From the NCBI GenBank assembly GCA_964570325.1, contig CAZMXS010000029.1, positions 1 through 52,846 on the forward strand: a stretch of 52,846 bases of DNA, written 5' to 3'. This DNA comes from an uncultured Verrucomicrobiota bacterium. Its GTDB lineage: Bacteria > Verrucomicrobiota > Kiritimatiellia > CAIQIC01 > CAZMXS01. Below, piece by piece: positions 37,283-45,821 of the stretch. The position numbers and the translations under genes are program-made. Positions within the stretch are counted from its first letter, which is position 1, and each line of letters begins with the position of its first letter. The notes under the pieces are model-generated. The model made no database searches and was not told the origin of the DNA. It saw only the letters and a program-made list of their open reading frames with translations.

Positions 37283-39064
37283 CTAGACCGGTTTCTCCGC
37301 CACGGACTGGATATGAATGTCGCGCAACTGGCGCGCATCCACTTGCGCCGGCGCGCCCATCATCAGGTCCATCGCCTTCTGGGTCTTGGGGAAAGCGATC
37401 ACCTCGCGGATGGATTGTCCGCCGGCCATCAGCATCACCAGCCGGTCCGCGCCCAGCGCCAGTCCGCCATGCGGCGGCGCGCCATAAGCCAGCGCCCGGA
37501 TCAAGTGGCCGAACCGCTCCTCGATCTCCGGTTGGGGGAACCCCAGCACATCGAACATCTTCGCTTGCAGCGCGGAATCGTGGATACGGATGCTGCCGCC
37601 GCCCAGTTCCACGCCATTGAGCACGATGTCGTACGCCTGCGCCCGCACCTTCAGCGGTTCCGTTTCCAGCAACGGTATATCCTCCGGATGCGGAGCGGTG
37701 AACGGATGATGCATCGCGGAAAGCTGTCCTTCCTCGTTCTTCTCGAACAAGGGGAAATCCGTCACCCACGTGAAAGCGAACCGGTCGGCCGGGATCGCCT
37801 TGGCCATCTCGCCCGCGAGCAGGCGCAGACGCCCGAGCGCGACATTGACCTTGGCGGCGTTCAAGTCCGCGCCGAAAAGAATGAGATCCCCGACCTCGAT
37901 TCCCAGCTTGCGTGCCAATCCCGCTTTCTCCGCGTCGGAGAAGAACTTCACGATCGGCGATTTCCAAGTGCCGTCCGGCAACACCCGGATGTAGGCCAGC
38001 CCGCCCAGCCCCGCCTCCTTCGCCATCAGGGTCCAGTCCTCCTCGACCGTCTTGATGCTGACCCCGGCCAGGCCCTTGGCGTTGATCGCCTTGACCACCC
38101 CGCCCTGCGCCAGCACGGCGTTGAAAATCTTGAACTTCGTGTCCTTGAACACATCCCCCAGATTCGTCAGTTCCATACCAAAGCGCAGGTCCGGCTTGTC
38201 CACGCCGAAACGGTCCAGCGCCTCGGCGTAGGACAGGCGCGGCAGCGGCAGGCTGATTTCACCATGGCCGGCCTCGCGCATCATCACGGCCAGCAAGCCA
38301 TCAACCAACGCATAAATGTCTTCCGGCGCGATGAACGACATCTCAATATCTATCTGGGTAAATTCCGGCTGGCGGTCGGCGCGCAAATCCTCGTCGCGAA
38401 AACAGCGCGCGATCTGGAAGTAACGATCCATGCCCGCCATCATGAGCAGCTGCTTGTACTGCTGCGGAGCCTGCGGCAGGGCGAAAAAGCACCCCGGCAT
38501 CACGCGGCTGGGCACAAGGTAATCGCGCGCGCCTTCCGGCGTGCTCTTGGTCAGAATCGGGGTCTCGACCTCCACGAATCGCTGCGCATCCAGGTATTGC
38601 CGCGTCGCCTGGATCAATTTGTGCCGCATCAGCAGGCACTGTTGCATCCGGGGCCGGCGCAGGTCGAGATAGCGGTAGGTCAGGCGCAAATCCTCTGAAA
38701 CGCGCTCAGCCTGTTCATCGTCCAACGGAAACGGCGGCGTCTGGCTCTTGTTCAACAGTTGAATCCGGTCGCACCGGACCTCGATTTCGCCCGTGGCCAG
38801 CTTGGGGTTGATCATGTCCGCCGGTCGCGCCTCGACCACGCCTTCGACCCGGATGACATATTCACCGCGCGTGGACTGCGCCAGGTTCCACGCCTCCCGG
38901 GAGTCCTGGGGATCGAAGATCACCTGGGTGCGGCCGTAGCGATCGCGCAGATCAATGAAAATCATCCCGCCATGATCGCGCACGGTGTCCACCCAGCCGC
39001 AAAGTTGCACGCGTTGACCGACCGCGTCCTGGCGCAGTTCGCCGCAGTTGTGTGTCCGCATCAT
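37283..39064 (-). CDS. aspS: Aspartyl-tRNA synthetase
   Basis: Start at MMRTHNCGELR (39064); OB anticodon-binding domain, class II motifs 1-3, insertion domain. Confidence 0.95.
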   Translation of the reverse strand: MMRTHNCGELRQDAVGQRVQLCGWVDTVRDHGGMIFIDLRDRYGRTQVIFDPQDSREAWNLAQSTRGEYVIRVEGVVEARPADMINPKLATGEIEVRCDRIQLLNKSQTPPFPLDDEQAERVSEDLRLTYRYLDLRRPRMQQCLLMRHKLIQATRQYLDAQRFVEVETPILTKSTPEGARDYLVPSRVMPGCFFALPQAPQQYKQLLMMAGMDRYFQIARCFRDEDLRADRQPEFTQIDIEMSFIAPEDIYALVDGLLAVMMREAGHGEISLPLPRLSYAEALDRFGVDKPDLRFGMELTNLGDVFKDTKFKIFNAVLAQGGVVKAINAKGLAGVSIKTVEEDWTLMAKEAGLGGLAYIRVLPDGTWKSPIVKFFSDAEKAGLARKLGIEVGDLILFGADLNAAKVNVALGRLRLLAGEMAKAIPADRFAFTWVTDFPLFEKNEEGQLSAMHHPFTAPHPEDIPLLETEPLKVRAQAYDIVLNGVELGGGSIRIHDSALQAKMFDVLGFPQPEIEERFGHLIRALAYGAPPHGGLALGADRLVMLMAGGQSIREVIAFPKTQKAMDLMMGAPAQVDARQLRDIHIQSVAEKPV

Positions 39065-39085
39065 GGCCGCCCGCCTCCGGTTGTG

Positions 39086-39135
39086 TTTCCAATCATTGGA
39101 AAAAAAGCGAAAAAGTTTTCCAACCATTGGAAAAC
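39086..39135. promoter_or_regulatory. Two tandem near-palindromic boxes TTTCCAAnCATTGGAAA upstream of aspS
   Basis: tttccaatcattggaaa (39086-39102) and ttttccaaccattggaaaa (39117-39135), separated by A-rich spacer, 22-70 nt upstream of the aspS ATG. Confidence 0.35.
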
Positions 39136-39295
39136 TCGCGGCGGATACTAGCGGCGGCGGGAGGAAAGTTCAAGGGGCAAGGTTCAAGGCTGAAGGGCCG
39201 GACGGTTGCGCGGGGGCGCGGTGCCCTTATTTTTTGAGCCCGCTGTGGTCAAGGCGGGGCAGACCGTCCCCGGTGACCCGCGCGGCCGCCGTCCG

Positions 39296-40552
39296 CTATG
39301 GGCCCGGCCGGACCAGGCGCTCCATTACCTGCGGCAGCTCGAGTTCCTCCTGCGCGCCGTCGGCCATGCGCTTCCAAATAACCAGGCCCTTGGCCAGTTC
39401 GTTATCGCCGCAAATCAGGACAACCGGCGCACCGGCCTTGTTTGCGGCGCGCATTTGGGATTTCATGCTGCCGCCGGCGGGTTCATAGCCACAGGCGACA
39501 CCGCGCCGCCGCAGGGTCTGGGCTAGGATCAGGTTGTGCGCCAGGGCCGGGGCGCCCAGCGCGACCAGCCAGACCGCGGGCGCTCCGTCGACGGCGGCTC
39601 CCGCCGGCGCCGGCGGCCGGGCCGCCACCAATCGTTCGATCCCCATTGCGAAACCAACGCCTTCAATCGGCCGGCCATCCATTTCTATCCGGTAGCGCCC
39701 GCCGCCGCCCAACGCGTTCTGGGCGCCCAACGCGTTGTGGGTGATTTCCCAGACGGTATGCACATAATAATCCAGGCCCCGCACCAGCCGCGTGTTCAGC
39801 CGGACCGGGATGTCAAACGCGCGCAACAGGCGCAGCACTTCGTCCAGGTATTGCCGCGACGTTTCCGCCATGAAATCCGTGACCGGCGGCAGCCGGTCCA
39901 CCACCGCGCGGCAGGCCGCTTGCTTGCAATCGAGCACACGCAGGATGTTGGTGGCCAGGCGCCGACGGCAGTCCTCGCACAGCTCGGCGTGGTGCGGCTG
40001 GAGCGCGGCCGCCAGGCCGGCGGCAACCGCGGGGCGATCCTCCGGCAGGCCGCGAGTGTTGAGTTCCAGCGCGGCACCGTGGATGCCGAACTCCGCAAGC
40101 AGGTGCATTTGCATAGCAATACACTCGGCATCAGCCGCGGCGCAGGCGGGACCGATCGCTTCCGACCCCAACTGGTGAAACTGACGCTTGCGGCCGGCCT
40201 GCGGCCGCTCGCAACGAAACATGGGGCCGATGTAATAGAGGCGGGCGCCCAGCGCCTGCGGACCGAGACCGGCGACATGGCGAATGACGCCGGCGGTGCC
40301 CTCGGGACGCAGGGAAAGGCTGCGTCCGCCGCGATCATCGAAGGTATACATCTCCTTCTGCACAACATCCGTGGTGTCGCCGATCGCGCGGGTGAACAGC
40401 GGCGTATATTCGACAAGCGGGGTGCGCACCTCATTGTAGCCGTAGAGGTGAAAGACCCGGCGAGCCTGCTCTTCGATCCACTGCCAAACGCGAATTTCCG
40501 GGGCGCAAATGTCGGACATCCCCTGGACGGGTTGGAGGCTTTCGGCGGACAT
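39296..40552 (-). CDS. hisS: Histidyl-tRNA synthetase
   Basis: 'LRPEGTAGVIR' motif 2 region, class II core, C-terminal anticodon-binding domain. Confidence 0.95.
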   Translation of the reverse strand: MSAESLQPVQGMSDICAPEIRVWQWIEEQARRVFHLYGYNEVRTPLVEYTPLFTRAIGDTTDVVQKEMYTFDDRGGRSLSLRPEGTAGVIRHVAGLGPQALGARLYYIGPMFRCERPQAGRKRQFHQLGSEAIGPACAAADAECIAMQMHLLAEFGIHGAALELNTRGLPEDRPAVAAGLAAALQPHHAELCEDCRRRLATNILRVLDCKQAACRAVVDRLPPVTDFMAETSRQYLDEVLRLLRAFDIPVRLNTRLVRGLDYYVHTVWEITHNALGAQNALGGGGRYRIEMDGRPIEGVGFAMGIERLVAARPPAPAGAAVDGAPAVWLVALGAPALAHNLILAQTLRRRGVACGYEPAGGSMKSQMRAANKAGAPVVLICGDNELAKGLVIWKRMADGAQEELELPQVMERLVRPGP

Positions 40553-40571
40553 GCGCGATCCGGACAGCGGC

Positions 40572-40853
40572 TCAAACGCCGGTGATCAACTTCTTCATGA
40601 CCTTGCCCGGTTTGAACTTGACCACCTTGCGGGCAGGGATCGTCACGACATCGGTCGGCTTGTTGGGATTTCGGCCAATACGTTGTTTCCGCTGGCGCAC
40701 TTCGAAGACACCAAAATTGCGGAACTCCACGGTCTCGCCCCGGGCCAGGCTTTCCACAATATAATCCAGCGTTTTCTGGATAACAGCGAAGACATCCAAT
40801 TGAATCAAGCCGGTCTCATCGGAAATACGAACAACCAAGTCCCTTTTAGTCAT
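40572..40853 (-). CDS. HU/IHF-family nucleoid-associated DNA-binding protein
   Basis: 93 aa from MTKRDLV; 'GFGVFEVRQRKQRIGRNPNKPTDVVTIPARKVVKFKPGK' beta-arm signature; 19 nt upstream of hisS. Confidence 0.85.
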   Translation of the reverse strand: MTKRDLVVRISDETGLIQLDVFAVIQKTLDYIVESLARGETVEFRNFGVFEVRQRKQRIGRNPNKPTDVVTIPARKVVKFKPGKVMKKLITGV

Positions 40854-41057
40854 GATAGCTCCTCTCCGCGCACCGACAGTCAACTTGAAATATTAGCGGC
40901 TGCCAAATCGCTTGTTAACAGTAAATCAGCAGAACATATTTGATTACAAGATATTATGCGCCGACGGATTGGTCAAGGGAGAAGAATTGGGAAATAAAAA
41001 GGTTGCCAAGGGCTGTTTGGGCCAGCGTATGCTGGGGTCACTATTCAAAGGAGGACG

Positions 41058-42233
41058 ATGTTGCATAGCCGATTCATTATCTCGGGATTGGCGTTGATGG
41101 GATTGCTGGGGGCGGCATGGGCGCAATTCACCCTGGGGCCCGATCCGGTGCCGTGGGGCTGGAACGAAGCGGTGCCGGTGCATGGCGACTATGATGGCGA
41201 CGGGCGAATTGACGCCGCCGTGTACTGGCCGGCAGCGGGCAACTGGTACATCCTGCCCAGTTCAACTTGGATTCCTTGGGTTCAAAACTGGGGTTGGAGT
41301 GAAACCGTGCCGGTCCCGGCCGATTACGATGCCGACGGCCGAACCGACCTGGCGGTCTACCATTCAGCAGCGGGCAACTGGTATATCCTGTTCAGCGGCG
41401 GCGGCGCGCCGTGGGTGCGCAACTGGGGCTGGCGTGAGACCATACCGGTTCCAGGCGACTACGACGCCGACGGCAAGGCCGACCTGGCGGTCTACCATCC
41501 GCCGAGCGGACGATGGTATATCGAGCCGTATGCCTACCCCATCACCACCGATACCAACACGCTCAATGCATTGTGGGCGGCGGCGGTGACCAACGCGCAT
41601 AGTCCCAACTGGGGCAAGGTCTGGCGCCGCCTGACCCCCGTCCGGCGCGACAACTCCAATCTCTGTTGGCGCCTCACCAACAACGAATGGCAGGTGAAAG
41701 CGGCCTCGTTCATGGCGCCCTGGATCGCGACCAATTATATCCCTGGCGCGGCGCTGGCCCTGCCGACGAATTCCATCTCGTGGGTGACCATGGTCCCCGA
41801 ATTGCGGAACTTCTGCCGGAACTACCGGCTGTTCGCGGGAACCAATTATCTGGGCCTGCGCGTTCTGCAATTGCTGGGCATGCCGTGGAACCGCGCGAAC
41901 AACACGGTCGTGGAATACTGGGTCAACCCGAAATACCTCGCCCGGCCCAGCGCGGATCCGGCAATCACGGACAATCAGAGCGAGCCGGACTTTGCCTATA
42001 CCAATTCCCTGTATTGCCCGGTCAATCCGCTGCATTACAGTTGGTATACCAACGAGCTGGTCGCCAACACCTGGCCGTGGTCGCGCCTTGGCTATACCTA
42101 CGACTGGGCCAACCCGAACAGCCGGGGTATGGGGTTGAGCGAGTTCATCATCCCGGCAAAGATGTTCAATGAGGCGTGGGGCACGGTCGTGACGGTTTAC
42201 GTTGAATCCGTCACGCTCTTGGTTGATTATTAA
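41058..42233 (+). CDS. Secreted protein with three FG-GAP/VCBS-like repeats and an uncharacterised ~250-aa C-terminal domain
   Basis: Signal peptide; repeats 'GDYDGDGRIDAAVYWPAAGNWYI', 'ADYDADGRTDLAVYHSAAGNWYI', 'GDYDADGKADLAVYHPPSGRWYI'; strong AAGGAGG SD. Confidence 0.6.
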   Translation: MLHSRFIISGLALMGLLGAAWAQFTLGPDPVPWGWNEAVPVHGDYDGDGRIDAAVYWPAAGNWYILPSSTWIPWVQNWGWSETVPVPADYDADGRTDLAVYHSAAGNWYILFSGGGAPWVRNWGWRETIPVPGDYDADGKADLAVYHPPSGRWYIEPYAYPITTDTNTLNALWAAAVTNAHSPNWGKVWRRLTPVRRDNSNLCWRLTNNEWQVKAASFMAPWIATNYIPGAALALPTNSISWVTMVPELRNFCRNYRLFAGTNYLGLRVLQLLGMPWNRANNTVVEYWVNPKYLARPSADPAITDNQSEPDFAYTNSLYCPVNPLHYSWYTNELVANTWPWSRLGYTYDWANPNSRGMGLSEFIIPAKMFNEAWGTVVTVYVESVTLLVDY

Positions 42234-42236
42234 CCC

Positions 42237-43517
42237 ATGATCTTCGATTTCTGGTATCGGGTCCGGCGTTGCTTGATTGTGCTGGCGCTGCTGTTGGTTT
42301 TTTTTACGGCGGCTGAATGCCTGCGCATCTACATTCTTTTATACCGCGCCAACCCGCTGCTGGCTTTCGGCTTCGCGGCCCTGGCGCCGCTGGCGCTGCT
42401 GCTGGCGGCGCGGTACCTGTTTCCGCGCCGCCGACGGCTGATATCCCGCCAGTCGGCGGTAGGGAGCGAGTCGTCGCATGCTCGCCTGACCAAGGCGTGT
42501 CATCACCTGCGCGCCTACCTGCGGCAACTCGCGCAGAACCGGCATCTCACGCCGCCGGAGCGCGAGCTGGCGCTGGGGCGCATTACGGAACTGGTGGAAA
42601 TCCTCAACGCCCACCCGCTGCGCGACGACCTGATCCGGGCGCTGGAACAGACGGATCGGGACATCATCACCCCCATCATGGCGCGCCTGAACCGGGAATC
42701 CGCCCAGGAAATTGAGCAACACGCCCGGCAGGCCCTGCAACTCGCCGCCGGCAGTCCGTTCCCGGGGCTGGATTTGGCCGGGACGCTGCTGAAGACCGGT
42801 CGCGCCGTGCAGCGCATCATTGACCGTGTCGCCAACCGCGCCAACCCGCCGGAGCGCATGGCCATCGCGCGCGATATTGCCGGGGTGGTACTGCGGTCGG
42901 ACCCGATCCGCACCATGCGCCTGCTGCACGCCGGCCTGATGGAAAAGCTGCCGGCGGCGGGCCCGGCTGTGGATGACCTTGCGCGCGGCCTCGGCGGCGC
43001 GTGGCTGACGCTGTTAATCGGGCGCGCGGCCATGGATCGCTGCGCGGCGGCCTATGGCTGGGATGCGGGCAGCGCGCTGGATCGGCTGGAGACATCCGCC
43101 GCCGAGTTTGCCGATAGCGTGGCCACCCTCCTCGACAGCGCGGTGCTGGCCGCCTTCAAGCAACGGCTCCGTTGTCTCCAATTGGAGGCGCCGGCGGACG
43201 ACACCATTCTCCATGCGCTGCGTTCCGTGCTGAAAGGAACCGCCCACGCGCTAAACAAACCGTTCCGACCGCTGGCCGGCACGCACGCCGACCTGGCGGC
43301 ATTGACGGTGCCCACGCCGCCGCCGGCCATCGAAACCCTGCCGGGCGCCCCCGCGCCGGAAGCGGCGGCAGCGGAACCGGCGCCCTCGCCAGACACCGCA
43401 CCGCAATATAATCACCACCGCCATCGCCGCCCGCTGGGTTGGAAGTTTCTTCGCGCGCTGGAGACGTTTGGACAACGAATGAAATACGGCATCAAGGGCC
43501 GAAGGCTGTATAAATAA
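42237..43517 (+). CDS. Uncharacterised membrane protein (N-terminal TM hairpin, long helical cytoplasmic region, Pro/Ala-rich segment, basic C-terminal tail)
   Basis: 426-aa ORF 4 nt after the FG-GAP gene; no recognisable catalytic motif. Confidence 0.5.
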   Translation: MIFDFWYRVRRCLIVLALLLVFFTAAECLRIYILLYRANPLLAFGFAALAPLALLLAARYLFPRRRRLISRQSAVGSESSHARLTKACHHLRAYLRQLAQNRHLTPPERELALGRITELVEILNAHPLRDDLIRALEQTDRDIITPIMARLNRESAQEIEQHARQALQLAAGSPFPGLDLAGTLLKTGRAVQRIIDRVANRANPPERMAIARDIAGVVLRSDPIRTMRLLHAGLMEKLPAAGPAVDDLARGLGGAWLTLLIGRAAMDRCAAAYGWDAGSALDRLETSAAEFADSVATLLDSAVLAAFKQRLRCLQLEAPADDTILHALRSVLKGTAHALNKPFRPLAGTHADLAALTVPTPPPAIETLPGAPAPEAAAAEPAPSPDTAPQYNHHRHRRPLGWKFLRALETFGQRMKYGIKGRRLYK

Positions 43518-43589
43518 CGGCCGGGGCAAGACGCAGTAGAGTGGAGAGCAAGCGGCAGATTAAGCGGAAAGAGTAAGAGTATTGAATCA

Positions 43590-45680
43590 ATGAGCACGAG
43601 AAGAAGCCATCTGGCGTTGAACATCCCATTGCTGGTTCCCTATGGGGCGCACGTCGTGGACAAAGGTGTGCATTTCGCCGTTTTCAGTCGGCATGCCACC
43701 CGCGTCTGGCTGCTGCTGTTTGACGCGCCCGACGCCACCCAACCGGTGCGGGAATACGAGCTGACCCCGGAAAAGAACCGCATCGGCGATATCTGGCATA
43801 TCCATGCGCCCGAAGCGCGTCTGGGTCAGTTCTACGTGTATCGCATGGACGGCCGGACGCCGCCTGGCGTGCCGAACTTTTTCAACCCGGACCAGTGGCT
43901 GCTGGACCCCTTCGCGCTGGCCGTTGCCGGCCAGCCGCGCTGGGGCGACGCCAGCGGCCTGACACCCGGGGAAAATATCCGCAACGGCCCGCGTTTCCCG
44001 AAAGGCGTAATCATCAAGGACACCTTCGACTGGTCAGAGGATCGCAATCCGCGCATCCCGCTCAACGACAGCGTAATCTATGAAACGCATCTGCGCGGTT
44101 TCACGGCGCATTCCTCGTCCGGCGTCCGGCATCCCGGCACCTATCGCGGCATCATCGAGAAAATCCCCTACCTGCAGGACCTGGGAATCACCGCGGTGGA
44201 GTTCCTGCCGTTGCAGGAATTCAACGAGATGGAGTATTTCCAGGAAAACATGCGGCGCAAGCAGCTCCGTAATTACTGGGGCTACAGCACACTGGCTTTC
44301 TTCGCGCCCAACGGGCGCTACGCCGCCGGCGGCGTCTGCGGCCAGCAACTGCGCGAATTCCAAGAAATGGTGCTGGCTCTGCACAAGGCCGGCATTGAAG
44401 TCATCCTGGATGTGGTCTTCAACCACACCGCGGAGGGGGGCGACCGCGGCCAAACCTATTCATTCCGCGGCATAGATAATTCGATTTTCTACATCATGGA
44501 CGAGAAAACCGCGCATTACCACAATTATTCCGGCTGCGGCAACACCGTGAACAGCAACCATCCGATCGTGCGCGACTTCATTCTCGACTGTCTGCGCTAC
44601 TGGGTGCTGAACTTGCACGTGGACGGATTTCGTTTCGATCTGGCCTCGGTGCTGACCCGCGGCGCAGACGGCGCGGTCTTGCCCAATCCGCCGATTGTCG
44701 AGCATATCGCCGAGGATCCCGCGCTGCGCGATACGAAGATCATCGCCGAGGCGTGGGATGCGGGCGGAGCCTACCAGGTCGGCTCGTTCCCAAGCCATCG
44801 CTGGTCCGAATGGAACGGACAGTTCCGCGACGATGTGCGCCGGTTCTGGCTGCGCGAGAAGGGTTTTCTCGGCCGGCTCGCGACGCGCCTGGCCGGCAGT
44901 TCCGATCTCTATGACCGCGACGGCCAGACACCCCTCAAGAGCATTAACTTCATCACCTGCCACGACGGGTTCACCCTGCGCGACCTGGTCAGCTTCGCGA
45001 AGAAACACAACCTGGCCAACGGCGAAAACAACAACGACGGCGAGAACAACAACTGGAGCTCCAACTATGGCCGCGAGGGGCTCAAGGCCAGTCCGCGCAC
45101 GGAGGCGATCCGGCGGCGCCAAATGAAGAACATGCTGGCGACCCTCTTCCTGGCGCAGGGCGTGCCGATGCTGCTGGCCGGCGACGAGTTTGGTCGGACA
45201 CAGCGCGGCAATAACAATGCCTATTGCCAGGACAATGAAATTTCCTGGGTGGACTGGTCGCTGGCCGAGGAATACGCCGAACTGCGCGCCTTTGTGAAGC
45301 GACTAATCGCATTTCGCAAAGCGCACCCCGTCCTACGGCGCAAGCATTTTCTGAGAGGCGACAGGGCGCCGGGCCCGGGACCGGATATCGCCTGGTTCGG
45401 TCCGGACGGACGAGCGCCGAAATGGGACACCGATTTCGCCCTGGCCTGCCTGTTGGATGGGCACCGCAGCAACACCGGCGCGACGGCGGACGACGACAGC
45501 CTCTTCATCATCATCAACGCCAGCATCCTGCAAACGCGATTTGTCGTACCGCGCCCGCCCGGCGCGCCGTGGGTGCTGCAATGGAGCACACAGGAAACGC
45601 CGCCGGTTTGGGGCCGCGACCTGCTCTCCATGACAGTGGACGGCCGTAGCGTCACGGTGCTGGCTTCGCGACTGGCTTAA
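43590..45680 (+). CDS. glgX: Glycogen debranching enzyme (GH13 isoamylase-type)
   Basis: N-terminal CBM48-like domain, GH13 regions 'GFRFDLASVL', 'EAWD', 'FITCHDGFTL'. Confidence 0.9.
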   Translation: MSTRRSHLALNIPLLVPYGAHVVDKGVHFAVFSRHATRVWLLLFDAPDATQPVREYELTPEKNRIGDIWHIHAPEARLGQFYVYRMDGRTPPGVPNFFNPDQWLLDPFALAVAGQPRWGDASGLTPGENIRNGPRFPKGVIIKDTFDWSEDRNPRIPLNDSVIYETHLRGFTAHSSSGVRHPGTYRGIIEKIPYLQDLGITAVEFLPLQEFNEMEYFQENMRRKQLRNYWGYSTLAFFAPNGRYAAGGVCGQQLREFQEMVLALHKAGIEVILDVVFNHTAEGGDRGQTYSFRGIDNSIFYIMDEKTAHYHNYSGCGNTVNSNHPIVRDFILDCLRYWVLNLHVDGFRFDLASVLTRGADGAVLPNPPIVEHIAEDPALRDTKIIAEAWDAGGAYQVGSFPSHRWSEWNGQFRDDVRRFWLREKGFLGRLATRLAGSSDLYDRDGQTPLKSINFITCHDGFTLRDLVSFAKKHNLANGENNNDGENNNWSSNYGREGLKASPRTEAIRRRQMKNMLATLFLAQGVPMLLAGDEFGRTQRGNNNAYCQDNEISWVDWSLAEEYAELRAFVKRLIAFRKAHPVLRRKHFLRGDRAPGPGPDIAWFGPDGRAPKWDTDFALACLLDGHRSNTGATADDDSLFIIINASILQTRFVVPRPPGAPWVLQWSTQETPPVWGRDLLSMTVDGRSVTVLASRLA

Positions 45681-45821
45681 GCCGAAATAAGCGGACCAGC
45701 GAGCGTCATCCGCGATGTTTCGGGCCTGACCGGCCATTGAAACCGCACCGGACCGAGTCCGATCGGTCATTCCGCGGCGAGCCACGCAAACCGTCCCGCC
45801 ACGGCATACCGGCTGGCGGGA

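Noticed and set aside
39150-39240. Possible tRNA or small RNA in the hisS-aspS spacer (GTTCAAGG direct repeat, GC hairpin plus T-run)
   Set aside because: No cloverleaf with T-loop GTTCRANYC and an anticodon stem could be folded by eye. The GTTCAAGG repeat does not fit T-arm context.
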